From Haloplasmataceae bacterium (GTDB taxonomy: Bacteria > Bacillota_I > Bacilli_A > Haloplasmatales > Haloplasmataceae), in contig DATCJW010000083.1 of the NCBI GenBank assembly GCA_036562595.1, positions 1-24,000 of the forward strand: a stretch of DNA of 24,000 bases, written 5' to 3'. The position numbers and the translations under genes were made by a program. Of the stretch, positions 1 to 8,589 are shown in pieces (the first letter of the stretch is position 1; every line of letters begins with the position of its first letter). The notes beneath the pieces are model-generated. The model was not told the origin of the DNA. It made no database searches and saw only the letters and a program-made list of their open reading frames with translations.

Positions 1-1
1 A

Positions 2-121
2 GGATGGGGGCATCGCATCGGGATGAGTCAATATGGTGCCAACTACATGGGACAAGCAGGTTATACCTACCGCGAGATTATCCATCACTATTACCAAGGC
101 GTGCAAATCGAAAAATTGTGA
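2..121 (+). CDS. 3' end of a SpoIID/LytB-domain protein (partial; continues upstream of the window)
   Basis: The frame starting at nt 2 reads GWGHRIGMSQYGANYMGQAGYTYREIIHHYYQGVQIEKL, with a TGA stop at 119-121. The G-H-x-x-GMSQYGA and Y-x-EI-x-HYY-x-GV pattern is the conserved C-terminal signature of SpoIID/LytB domains. Confidence 0.6.
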   Translation, partial: GWGHRIGMSQYGANYMGQAGYTYREIIHHYYQGVQIEKL

Positions 122-130
122 TAGAAGGTG

Positions 131-159
131 TTGACAAACCATTAAAACTTGCATAATAT
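131..159 (+). promoter_or_regulatory. Sigma-A-like promoter upstream of the HutP-family gene
   Basis: TTGACA at 131-136, a 17-nt spacer, then TAATAT at 154-159. It lies about 45 nt upstream of the ATG at 202. Confidence 0.4.
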
Positions 160-201
160 ATATACAACCATTTTGTAAGATGGAAGCACGGTGAAAAGGG
201 A

Positions 202-618
202 ATGAATCACTTCAGTCTTAAAGTGGCTAAAGCAGCGATTCAAGTCGCCATGACGGAATCGCGTGAGGAAGAACGGCAGTGGATCGAAAAACTGAAGAAG
301 GATGGGATCGATGCCGTGGCTGTCGATATCGGGGGCAATCTCATCGAGACCATTCAAAAGGTGATTGAACGTGCAGTCATCGCTGCGAAACGAACGGGGC
401 TTATTCCTGAGGAGCACATCTATGAAGGGGCGGTTGCTGGGGCTGCGCGTGAAGCCATTACGCAAGTCGTTCATAAAGGCATCGGCTTGAATGCTGGCGG
501 AAAGATTGGCATTGCTAGAAGTGGAGAACATCTGAGCTGTTGTATCTTTATGAGCGTCGGCTTACTTCATTTAAATGATGTGGCGATCGGGTTAGCCCAT
601 CGACCGGTGCCTCTATAA
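202..618 (+). CDS. HutP-family RNA-binding antiterminator-like protein
   Basis: 138-aa ORF. Its length and several blocks (E-x-L-KKDG..., KVIERAVIAAKRTGLI, ...EA..., C-terminal ...VGL...IGLAHR) align by eye with B. subtilis HutP (148 aa). The antisense ORF 142-531 is judged spurious. Confidence 0.6.
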   Translation: MNHFSLKVAKAAIQVAMTESREEERQWIEKLKKDGIDAVAVDIGGNLIETIQKVIERAVIAAKRTGLIPEEHIYEGAVAGAAREAITQVVHKGIGLNAGGKIGIARSGEHLSCCIFMSVGLLHLNDVAIGLAHRPVPL

Positions 619-642
619 TGAAAAAATGGGTTTTATTTTAAG

Positions 643-661
643 TAGTATGGTAGAACGGTAG
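643..661 (+). promoter_or_regulatory. Three (G)GUAG repeats at 8-nt periodicity in the HutP-ABC intergenic leader (candidate HutP-type RNA site)
   Basis: UAG triplets at 643-645, 651-653 and 659-661 (aaGTAGtatgGTAGaacgGTAGgg). They lie between the HutP-family stop and two terminator-like hairpins. Confidence 0.3.
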
Positions 662-682
662 GGAAGGAATAAATGATAGCAT

Positions 683-745
683 GCTTTTTTACATGAAAAA
701 AGCTTTTGGTGACACTCTACGTTTTACCAGTAGAGTGTTTTTTTA
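683..745 (+). terminator. Two tandem intrinsic-terminator-like hairpins between the HutP-family gene and the ABC operon
   Basis: Hairpin 1 is GCTTTTTT (683-690), loop ACATG, AAAAAAGC (696-703), then TTTT. Hairpin 2 is ACACTCTAC (712-720), a 9-nt loop, GTAGAGTGT (730-738), then T7 (739-745). Confidence 0.7.
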
Positions 746-784
746 TCTTTATTAATCATATTAAACATTGGGAGGATTAGTAGC

Positions 785-1780
785 ATGGTAGGGTTAAGAA
801 GATTGTTGATGATGAGTATCGTTGGCTTGGCCTTCCTTATGACAGGATGCCAAAAAGAGCATAAAATCCGAATCGGCATTACTCAATTCGTAGACCACGC
901 GGCTTTGGATCGTGCCCGGCAAGGATTTATTGATGCATTAGCCGATCGAGACTATGAGCATGGTCAGAATATAATCATCGATTATCAAAGCGCCCATGGT
1001 GATTTCGCCAATACGACGCTGATTGCTGAAACCTTTGTGTCTAAACGCGTCGATCTCATCTTTGCGATTGCAACACCTAGTGCTCAGGCAGCCCGCAACG
1101 TTACCGAAGGAACGAATATTCCTGTTCTTTTTTCCGCAGTGACAGATCCTGTCGGGGCGGGTTTAGTTGACCGTTTGGATAAACCAGGAGGCAATGTGTC
1201 AGGAACGAGCGACATGAGCCCTATGGATAAACAATTCGCATTGATACGAGCCGTACTGGGAACCCAGAAACGAATCGGCGTCCTTTATCATCAAGGGGAA
1301 CAGAATTCCATCGTACAGGTTGATGCCATCCGAAAAGAAGCAGGCCATGACTTTACCATTGAAGCCGTAGGAATTGCCGATAGTGCCACCCTCCAGTTAG
1401 AATTGGAAGTGTTATTAAGAAAAGTTGATGCCCTCTTAATTCCAACCGATAACCTGATGGCCTCAAACATGGAACTCATCGCTGTCAAAGCCATTGAAGC
1501 CGGTATTCCGGTGTTCGGGACGGAAGCCAATCAAGTAGAAGCAGGTGCCCTCATGACGGAAGGAATCGATTACTATGATCTTGGCTATCAAACGGGGATG
1601 ATGGCGGCGGATATCCTCGAAGGGAAAGTGGAAGTAAGTGAGCTTGCCGTCCAATTGAGCGAAGTGACAGAACTGGTCATTAACCTGGATACGGCCAAAG
1701 CCTTAAATTTAAATATACCACAAGATTTATTGGATCGCGCAACACTCATTGAAAATGGAGTGATGCTGAATGACGATTAA
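785..1780 (+). CDS. ABC transporter substrate-binding lipoprotein (COG2984 / ABC_sub_bind type, substrate unknown)
   Basis: 331-aa ORF with GGGAGGA RBS at 771-777. Signal peptide ends in lipobox LMTGC. The IRIGITQFVDHAALD...DLIFAIATPSAQAA pattern is typical of this SBP family. Confidence 0.8.
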   Translation: MVGLRRLLMMSIVGLAFLMTGCQKEHKIRIGITQFVDHAALDRARQGFIDALADRDYEHGQNIIIDYQSAHGDFANTTLIAETFVSKRVDLIFAIATPSAQAARNVTEGTNIPVLFSAVTDPVGAGLVDRLDKPGGNVSGTSDMSPMDKQFALIRAVLGTQKRIGVLYHQGEQNSIVQVDAIRKEAGHDFTIEAVGIADSATLQLELEVLLRKVDALLIPTDNLMASNMELIAVKAIEAGIPVFGTEANQVEAGALMTEGIDYYDLGYQTGMMAADILEGKVEVSELAVQLSEVTELVINLDTAKALNLNIPQDLLDRATLIENGVMLNDD

Positions 1781-2738
1781 CCTTTTCATCGAAATCCTCG
1801 AACAAGGACTGATCTTCTCTATTCTTGGCTTTGGTGTGTATGTAACCTATAAAGTCTTGGGAATGGCTGATATGACGACGGACGGTTCCTTCGTTCTCGG
1901 CGGCACCGTTTTCGGCTCACTCGTCGCCTATCATCATCTTCACCCACTTTTGGCAATGGCCTTCGCTTTATTGGGTGGGGCAGCTGCTGGTTTATTAACT
2001 GGTTTTTTACATATTAAACTAAAGATTTCGAGTTTGTTATCGGGAATTATCGTCATGACGGCGCTTTATTCGGTTAACCTTAGAATCTTAAGAGGGCCTA
2101 ATCTTCCCCTATTTCGTGAACGAACGCTGTTTACTATCGTTCAAGAAGGATTCACACGCATTGGCCTTCAAACGCCTTATGGCAAATTAGTTCTCTTATT
2201 CCTCCTTGTCTTTGGCCTTAAATGGGTATACGATTGGTTCTTTAACACCAAATTGGGGCTTTTGCTACGGACAGTTGGGGATAATCCCCAACTGTTGGCC
2301 CAATTGGGAGCCAATCAGGATCATATGAAATTTGTAGGGTTAATGATCGCGAATGCGCTGGTAAGCTTATCCGGAGCCCTCATGGCCCAGCATCAGCGAA
2401 ATGCGGATGTCAATGCAGGAGTGGGTATGCTGGTCATCGGTTTGACGACGATTATCATCGGATTAACCCTTTTTCGAAAGCGGGACGGCTATTGGCTAAG
2501 GCCGACGACGATGATTATTATTGGCGCCATCCTCTATCGTACCCTTCAAGCATTTACTTTACTCCTCGGTTTACCATCAGGTGATTTCAAATTAATCTCA
2601 ATGGTATTCGTTGTCATTGCCTTGACGATCTCGAATGAGCCATGGAAAGAGCGACTCAGAACGAAAAGGAAACGGTTAGCTGGAGTGAGAGAGGAGGGGT
2701 GGCGTGTTAAGGATTCGATCACTCAAAAAAGTGTTTAA
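1770..2738 (+). CDS. ABC transporter permease (COG4120 type, partner of the COG2984 SBP)
   Basis: 322-aa polytopic hydrophobic ORF. Its start overlaps the SBP stop by 11 nt, consistent with translational coupling. Confidence 0.8.
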   Translation: MTINLFIEILEQGLIFSILGFGVYVTYKVLGMADMTTDGSFVLGGTVFGSLVAYHHLHPLLAMAFALLGGAAAGLLTGFLHIKLKISSLLSGIIVMTALYSVNLRILRGPNLPLFRERTLFTIVQEGFTRIGLQTPYGKLVLLFLLVFGLKWVYDWFFNTKLGLLLRTVGDNPQLLAQLGANQDHMKFVGLMIANALVSLSGALMAQHQRNADVNAGVGMLVIGLTTIIIGLTLFRKRDGYWLRPTTMIIIGAILYRTLQAFTLLLGLPSGDFKLISMVFVVIALTISNEPWKERLRTKRKRLAGVREEGWRVKDSITQKSV

Positions 2739-3492
2739 ACAAGAACACTTCGAACAAACGGTGTTCGATAACTTTTCTCTAAACGTAAATGAAGGGGATT
2801 TTATTACGATCATCGGAAGCAACGGAGCGGGGAAGTCGACCTTGCTTCACCTCATTATGGGTAACCTTTTTCCCGATGAGGGGGAAATCCTCTATCGGGG
2901 CGAACCGATTGAACACCTCCCTAGCTACAAGCGATCTGCTTTTATCTCTTATGTTTACCAGGATCCGTCGGTTGGCGTTGCCCCGAATTTAACCATCCTA
3001 GAAAATTTATCAATGGTCTGGAACAAATATCACCGTAATCCCTTCCGCTCCGGCATTCGTCGAAGAGAAATCGAATTACTTAAAGAGAAGTTGGCGTTAT
3101 GTCAATTGGGATTGGAGAATATGCTAGATAAAAAGGTGAAAACCTTATCTGGGGGTCAACGTCAGGCGGTTAGCTTAATCATGAGCATTCTTCACAAGCC
3201 AGACATCTTGCTTCTTGATGAACATACCGGTGCCCTTGATCCAGCGACTGCTGATAAGATTTTATCGATTACGCGTCATCTGGTCGACTCTTATCACGTC
3301 ACCACATTAATGGTGACGCATAACATGCAGCAAGCCTTGGAAAATGGAAATCGCCTCCTAATGCTGGATCAGGGGACCATTATCCTCGATGTCAAAGGGG
3401 AAGAAAAGGCGCGTTTAACGCCAGAAGATTTAATTGAACGTTTTAAACAGTTGAAATATCAATCCATTAGTGATCGCCTTGTTTTAAATTGA
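2704..3492 (+). CDS. ABC transporter ATP-binding protein
   Basis: GTG start preceded by GGAGGGG. Contains Walker A GSNGAGKST, signature LSGGQRQ, Walker B LLLDEHT and H-loop VTH. It overlaps the permease 3' end. Confidence 0.9.
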   Translation: MLRIRSLKKVFKQEHFEQTVFDNFSLNVNEGDFITIIGSNGAGKSTLLHLIMGNLFPDEGEILYRGEPIEHLPSYKRSAFISYVYQDPSVGVAPNLTILENLSMVWNKYHRNPFRSGIRRREIELLKEKLALCQLGLENMLDKKVKTLSGGQRQAVSLIMSILHKPDILLLDEHTGALDPATADKILSITRHLVDSYHVTTLMVTHNMQQALENGNRLLMLDQGTIILDVKGEEKARLTPEDLIERFKQLKYQSISDRLVLN

Positions 3493-3558
3493 GCTTTCTA
3501 AAATTAATTTTCTAAAGGAATAGCTTTTTCCTGAATTTTTGTGTATCATTATTACTTA

Positions 3559-3615
3559 GAGCCGTGTCCGTGTCTTGAAATTATCGCGATCTTCTTGCAC
3601 GGGATGGCTCTTTTT
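3559..3615 (+). terminator. Probable terminator of the ABC operon (imperfect long hairpin plus T5)
   Basis: GAGCC...CCGTG (3559-3572) pairs with CACGG...GGCTC (3598-3610), followed by TTTTT. The loop is large (25 nt), so confidence is moderate. Confidence 0.45.
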
Positions 3616-3695
3616 ATTCGTGTCTTTATTTGATGGAATTAGATATGGAACGAGATTATATTTCATTTGGTCATAAAACAGTAGGAGGATTCATC

Positions 3696-4871
3696 GTGGT
3701 AACGTGGCTACTTCTTATCATCTATTTATCGTTTATTGGCCTTGGCCTGCCGGATGCCATCCTTGGAGCGAGTTGGGCGATTGTCCACCGTGAACTCGGC
3801 GTAGACATCGATTGGCAAGGCATTCTCACGATAACCATTTCTGGGGGCACCATCGTCTCCAGTTTTTTAAGCGGTTACCTAATCAAAAAATTTAAAACGG
3901 GCCCTTTAACTTTCATAAGTACCTTGATGACGGCGATTGCGGTTTTAGGGATGACGGTTACCCACTCCTTCTTTTGGTTTTGGTTTTTTGCGATTCCCCT
4001 TGGGTTAGGTGCAGGTGCAGTCGATACGGCTCTCAATAACTACGTGGCTTTACACTACCAATCCCGTCACATGAATTGGCTTCATAGTTTTTGGGGAGTG
4101 GGTGCACTAACCGGTCCTTTCATCATCAGCTTTTTCTTAAACGGACCATCGACTTGGCGAAAGGGGTATTTGACTATCGCCCTATGCTTGTTTTTCCTGA
4201 CCGTGCTCCTTTTTCTGTCCCTTCCAATATGGAAACGTGTAGAAGAGCGAGCTAATGTGTTGAAACCAGCGGCCGAAACAAAGCCAGCTTCCGCCTCACC
4301 CTTTAGGTTAAATCGCAAGATTTTAAGTGCTCTTCTCGTTTTTTTATTTTACAGTGCTACCGAAATGTCAATGAATGCCTGGGGGAGTGTTTACCTCATC
4401 AATACCCACCAGTTTACGGCCAGCCAAGCGGCTCGTACCGTATCTCTCTTCTTTATTGGAATTATGACGGGGCGCTTTCTCGTTGGTTTCATATCGAGCC
4501 GATTAGGCAATCCCCTTCTTATCCGGATTGGCCAAATATTGGCTTTTATTGGGGCCGGAACGATTCTTTTGGCCGGTGCGCGGGAAGCTGTTATCGTCGG
4601 ATTTCTATTAATAGGTTTAGGCTGTGCTCCCATCTTCCCTGCTATGATCCATGAGACCCCCAACCGTTTTGGCAGCGCCTACTCGCAACGCTTAATTGGC
4701 TTCCAGATGGGCTTTTCCTACATCGGTGGTACTTTCATCCCTCCACTAATTGGTATTGTTGCCAAGTGGACGACTTTCCGCTTTCTTCCTCATATTCTGA
4801 TTGCCTTTATCCTCATCATGTTCATCTGTTCGGAAGCCCTTGATCGGATCGGAAAAACACTCGATAATTGA
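3696..4871 (+). CDS. MFS transporter
   Basis: 12-TM-like hydrophobic ORF. I prefer the GTG at 3696 (AGGAGG at 3683-3688, 7-nt spacer), giving MVTWLLLIIYLSFIGLGLPDA. The track start at 3630 has no RBS. Confidence 0.8.
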   Translation: MVTWLLLIIYLSFIGLGLPDAILGASWAIVHRELGVDIDWQGILTITISGGTIVSSFLSGYLIKKFKTGPLTFISTLMTAIAVLGMTVTHSFFWFWFFAIPLGLGAGAVDTALNNYVALHYQSRHMNWLHSFWGVGALTGPFIISFFLNGPSTWRKGYLTIALCLFFLTVLLFLSLPIWKRVEERANVLKPAAETKPASASPFRLNRKILSALLVFLFYSATEMSMNAWGSVYLINTHQFTASQAARTVSLFFIGIMTGRFLVGFISSRLGNPLLIRIGQILAFIGAGTILLAGAREAVIVGFLLIGLGCAPIFPAMIHETPNRFGSAYSQRLIGFQMGFSYIGGTFIPPLIGIVAKWTTFRFLPHILIAFILIMFICSEALDRIGKTLDN

Positions 4872-4918
4872 TGCATTGATCGGGTGATTATCGACAGTAA
4901 AATAATTTTAAATACTCT

Positions 4919-4947
4919 TGACAAAATAAGAAAAATATGATTAATAT
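4919..4947 (+). promoter_or_regulatory. Promoter of the ileS leader
   Basis: TTGACA at 4919-4924, a 17-nt spacer, then TTAATA at 4942-4947 preceded by TG at 4939-4940 (extended -10). Confidence 0.55.
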
Positions 4948-4953
4948 AAATAA

Positions 4954-5224
4954 GACAATTCCTAAAACTGGATAGTGGAAAGGCGTTGAAGAGGACAGGT
5001 AGTTTAAGAAGGCTATGTCAGAGAGATAATCCTAGTGGTGAGAGATTATTCATAGGCTTCTTAAATGAGATCACCTCGGAGCCGAACTCCTGAACGGATG
5101 CCCTAGTAGGGGGTTACGTCTATTTGCGTTAAAATTTCGAGTGATAGGAAATGCTCGAGCCATTTCCTATAATTTGGGTGGTACCGCGGTCTATTCGTCC
5201 CTAAGCTTGGCTTAGGGTTTTTTA
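4954..5224 (+). promoter_or_regulatory. T-box riboswitch leader, Ile (AUC) specifier
   Basis: AGAGA box near 5020-5026. Stem I arms are TTTAAGAAGGCT and AGGCTTCTTAAA. The specifier loop reads GAG-AUC-A with AUC at 5070-5072. The conserved T-box AATTTGGGTGGTACCGCG is at 5171-5188, and its UGGU bulge matches an A73 discriminator. The terminator is CCCTAAG (5199-5205), loop CTTGG, CTTAGGG (5211-5217), then T7. Confidence 0.9.
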
Positions 5225-5273
5225 TTAGTATAAACGGCAATCAGGACTATAATAGACAGAAAGGATGATTTGA

Positions 5274-8200
5274 ATGGCGAAGTTTAAACCTTTACGAGAT
5301 GGATCGGTTGCTGAAAACGAAAAACGGCTGGCAGAGTTTTGGGAAGAACAAGACATTTTAAACAAGTCCATTGAAAATCGTAAAGACAATGAGCCTTTCG
5401 TCTTCTATGAAGGGCCACCAACCGCAAACGGCCAACCTGGGATCCACCACGTACTCGCTCGGACATTAAAAGATACAATAACCAAATTTAAAGTCATGCA
5501 AGGTTACAAAGTGAGAAGAAAAGCCGGTTGGGATACCCATGGGCTACCTGTTGAAATCGAGGTGGAGAAAAAGCTCGGATTTAAAAATAAACAGGACATC
5601 GAATCATATGGCATAGAAAAGTTTAATGCGGAATGCCGAGAGTCTGTGTTTACTTATGAAAAGCAATGGCGAGAGATGACGAAGCGGATGGGGTATTTCA
5701 TCGACCTTGACCATCCCTATATCACCCTCGACAACGATTACATTGAAACGTTATGGTGGATTTTAGACCAGTTTAATAAAAAAGGTTACATTTACGAGGG
5801 GCATAAAATCCTGCCCTATTGCCCGCGTTGTGGGACGGGGCTTTCTTCACATGAAGTGGCCCTAGGGTATAAAGAAGTCAAGTCCAATACGGTAATCGTC
5901 GGCTTTAAACGGAAGGATCGCGATGAATACTTCCTTGTCTGGACCACGACTCCTTGGACGCTTGCATCCAACGTCGCATTAGCGGTTCACCCGGATGTTA
6001 CGTACGTTCGCGTGAGAAGTCGCGGGCATGTCTTCATACTTGCAAAGGATCTTCTGAAACAAGTCCTGGGTGATGATTACGAGGTTCTCGATGAATTTAT
6101 CGGAAAAGACCTCGAATACGTTGAATATGAACAGCTCATGCCCTTTATAAAGGTGGACAAGAAGGCATTTTTTGTCACCTGCGCCGATTTCGTTACGACA
6201 GAAGACGGAACCGGGATTGTCCATATCGCGCCTGCATTCGGTGACGATGACTACCAAGTCGGTCGAAAATATGATCTCCCGGTCCTTCAACCGGTGGATG
6301 AACAAGGAAACTACACGGATACGCCATGGAAAGGCCGTTTCGTCATGGACGAAGCATTAAACCTTGAGATTATTAAATGGTTGGCCGAGGAAGAGAAATT
6401 ATTTAAAAAGGATAAAGTAGAACACAACTATCCTCACTGTTGGCGTTGTCAAACCCCGCTCATTTACTATGCCCATCCCAGTTGGTATATCGAAGTTACA
6501 AAATTGAAGGATCAGCTTATTAAGAATAATCAAACAGTTCGTTGGTTTCCGGATTATGTCGGTGAAAAGCGGTTTGGCAATTGGCTTGAAAATGTAAAGG
6601 ATTGGGCAATTTCCCGTTCCCGTTACTGGGGGACACCGCTTAATATTTGGCGATGTGACACCTGTCATCGCTTTGAGACGATCGGATCGCGCAAAGAACT
6701 CGTCGAACGGGCAATCGAAGACATTGACGAATCGATTGAACTGCATCGGCCATATGTGGACAGTGTTCATCTCCGTTGTGAGTGCGGAGGTGTGATGCAC
6801 CGTGTTCCTGATGTCGTTGACGTCTGGTTTGATAGCGGTGCGATGCCGTTTGCCCAATACCATTATCCATTCGAAAACCTTGAGCTGTTTGAGGAACAAT
6901 TCCCTGCTGATTTCATTTGCGAGGGAATTGACCAGACCCGGGGCTGGTTTTATTCGCTCTTGGTCATCAGTACGTTCGTGAAAGGGGTATCCCCATTTAA
7001 GTCCGTTTTAGTCAACGACCTCATTTTAGATAAAGACGGACAAAAAATGTCTAAATCCCGTGGAAATACGGTGGACCCCTTTGATCTCTTCGAGAAGTAT
7101 GGTGCTGATGCGGTCCGATGGTATTTGATGTATGTATCTCCCGTCTGGAATCCGACACGCTTCAATGAAGAGGAACTGAAGGAAGTCGCTAGCAAGTTCT
7201 TCGTCACGCTACGCAATGTCTATACCTTCTTTTCGCTTTATGCCAATACGGATGACGTTGACCCCCGTGAGTTCTTTGTCCCCTATGCGGAGCGCCCCGA
7301 AATTGACCGCTGGATTCTTTCGAAATATCATCACCTGATAAAAGATGTCACCGAAGAACTAGAGGTCTGTGACTTAAATCGAGCGGTTCGTAAAATCCAA
7401 CACTTCGTTATTGAGGAGCTTTCCAATTGGTACATTCGTCGGAACCGCCGCCGATTCTGGAAAGGCGAACTGGACGATGATAAGAAGGCGGTTTACAATA
7501 CGACTTATGAGGTGCTTGAAGGATTATCCCGCCTCATTGCCCCCTTCGTCCCGTTTATTTCCGAAGAAATTTACCAAAATTTAACGGGAGAGTTATCCGT
7601 TCATTTAGCGGATTATCCCGTATACGATCCTTCGCTCATCGATCTGAAAGTGGAAGAGCGGATGGACCTCGTGAAGGGCCTTGTTGGCCTTGGTCGTGCG
7701 GCACGGGCGAATGAACAAATTAAAATTCGCCAACCCATTCAAAAGGTCATCATAGATGGTCGTTACGAAGCGCTCATCGGCGACTTGGTTGAGCTGATCG
7801 AAGAAGAGCTAAACGTGAAAGAAGTGGTTTTCCAACACGATTTAAGCACCTTTATGGACTTTTCCTTAAAGCCCAATTTCCGAGTTGCAGGAAAAGTATT
7901 AGGTCCCAAAATGAAGGCCTTTGGACAGGCGTTACAAAAACTAAACGCCTTGGAAGTGATGGAAAAGCTTCAAGCCGGCCATTCCTTAACCCTTAATCTC
8001 GATGGAGAAGAAACAGAGATTCCGGAGGACTTCATCCAAATCACCATCACGGCAAAAGAAGGGTTTAAAGTGGAGATGGAAAACAATTTGTTCGTCATCC
8101 TCGATACCCATCTTACGCCAGAACTCATAAAAGAAGGCTTGGCACGCGAATTTGTCTCGAAAGTCCAACAGTTACGGAAAACGAACAATTTTGAAGTGAC

Positions 8201-8390
8201 GGACCATATCCACATCATTTATCATTCTGACGATGAGGTAAAACAAGCCGTTCAAGATTTTGAGGCGTACATTAAAGAAGAAACATTAGCCGATTCGATT
8301 CGCTTCGTTGATTCATTAGAAGGGCTTGAGGAGCAAAATCTCAATGGCCACCTGACAGGCATTCGAGTCGAACGGGTTCCAACGGAATAA
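5274..8390 (+). CDS. ileS: Isoleucine--tRNA ligase, long type-2 (eukaryote-like) form
   Basis: 1038-aa ORF with HIGH-type motif PGIHHVL, KMSKS motif GQKMSKSRGN and CP1 zinc knuckles CPRCGT and CWRCQTP. The C-terminal 250 aa contain no Cys, so the type-1 zinc-binding tail is absent. An Ile T-box lies directly upstream. Confidence 0.95.
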   Translation: MAKFKPLRDGSVAENEKRLAEFWEEQDILNKSIENRKDNEPFVFYEGPPTANGQPGIHHVLARTLKDTITKFKVMQGYKVRRKAGWDTHGLPVEIEVEKKLGFKNKQDIESYGIEKFNAECRESVFTYEKQWREMTKRMGYFIDLDHPYITLDNDYIETLWWILDQFNKKGYIYEGHKILPYCPRCGTGLSSHEVALGYKEVKSNTVIVGFKRKDRDEYFLVWTTTPWTLASNVALAVHPDVTYVRVRSRGHVFILAKDLLKQVLGDDYEVLDEFIGKDLEYVEYEQLMPFIKVDKKAFFVTCADFVTTEDGTGIVHIAPAFGDDDYQVGRKYDLPVLQPVDEQGNYTDTPWKGRFVMDEALNLEIIKWLAEEEKLFKKDKVEHNYPHCWRCQTPLIYYAHPSWYIEVTKLKDQLIKNNQTVRWFPDYVGEKRFGNWLENVKDWAISRSRYWGTPLNIWRCDTCHRFETIGSRKELVERAIEDIDESIELHRPYVDSVHLRCECGGVMHRVPDVVDVWFDSGAMPFAQYHYPFENLELFEEQFPADFICEGIDQTRGWFYSLLVISTFVKGVSPFKSVLVNDLILDKDGQKMSKSRGNTVDPFDLFEKYGADAVRWYLMYVSPVWNPTRFNEEELKEVASKFFVTLRNVYTFFSLYANTDDVDPREFFVPYAERPEIDRWILSKYHHLIKDVTEELEVCDLNRAVRKIQHFVIEELSNWYIRRNRRRFWKGELDDDKKAVYNTTYEVLEGLSRLIAPFVPFISEEIYQNLTGELSVHLADYPVYDPSLIDLKVEERMDLVKGLVGLGRAARANEQIKIRQPIQKVIIDGRYEALIGDLVELIEEELNVKEVVFQHDLSTFMDFSLKPNFRVAGKVLGPKMKAFGQALQKLNALEVMEKLQAGHSLTLNLDGEETEIPEDFIQITITAKEGFKVEMENNLFVILDTHLTPELIKEGLAREFVSKVQQLRKTNNFEVTDHIHIIYHSDDEVKQAVQDFEAYIKEETLADSIRFVDSLEGLEEQNLNGHLTGIRVERVPTE

Positions 8391-8505
8391 AGCTTTAGCA
8401 AATAAAGCATATCCGAAAGAAAATGAAAAATGGGAAAACTTGTTTAGTTGTTGTCTCTTTTGTCGCATCATTTTTCCAAATATTCAGTAAAAATCGAAAA
8501 TACAC

Positions 8506-8534
8506 TTGCATATGTTGGAGTAGGAAATTATAAT
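8506..8534 (+). promoter_or_regulatory. Promoter of the ferredoxin gene
   Basis: TTGCAT at 8506-8511, a 17-nt spacer, then TATAAT at 8529-8534. Confidence 0.6.
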
Positions 8535-8589
8535 ATAAGTTGTAAGTAGGTTAGCTAGATGAAAATATAGAGTGAAAGGATTTGGTGCA

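Noticed and set aside
142-531. 129-aa minus-strand ORF antisense to the HutP-family gene
   Set aside because: It lies entirely antisense to an ORF with recognisable family similarity. It has no RBS, and its composition is typical of a shadow frame.
1291-1654. Two minus-strand ORFs (79 and 63 aa) inside the ABC SBP gene
   Set aside because: These are shadow ORFs antisense to a well-supported lipoprotein gene. They have no start context or family resemblance.
2789-2992. 67-aa plus-strand ORF inside the ABC ATPase gene in another frame
   Set aside because: It overlaps the Walker A region of a clear ABC ATPase in an alternative frame, and its sequence is Arg/Ser-rich and low in complexity.
4082-4663. 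Minus-strand ORFs (78 and 90 aa) inside the MFS gene
   Set aside because: They are antisense to a hydrophobic transporter gene. Basic, Arg-rich shadow translations are expected opposite TM-coding sequence.
5284-8218. Nine short ORFs on both strands within ileS (5284-5478, 5979-6305, 6172-6360, 6399-6899, 6640-6870, 6950-7216, 7970-8218, 7986-8168)
   Set aside because: All are nested in the 1038-aa IleRS ORF, whose HIGH and KMSKS motifs and length are unambiguous. None has an RBS.
8392-8408. Small hairpin GCTTTA-GCAAA-TAAAGC just after the ileS stop, considered as a possible terminator
   Set aside because: The stem is only 6 bp and AT-rich, and no U-tract follows. The support is insufficient to call it.
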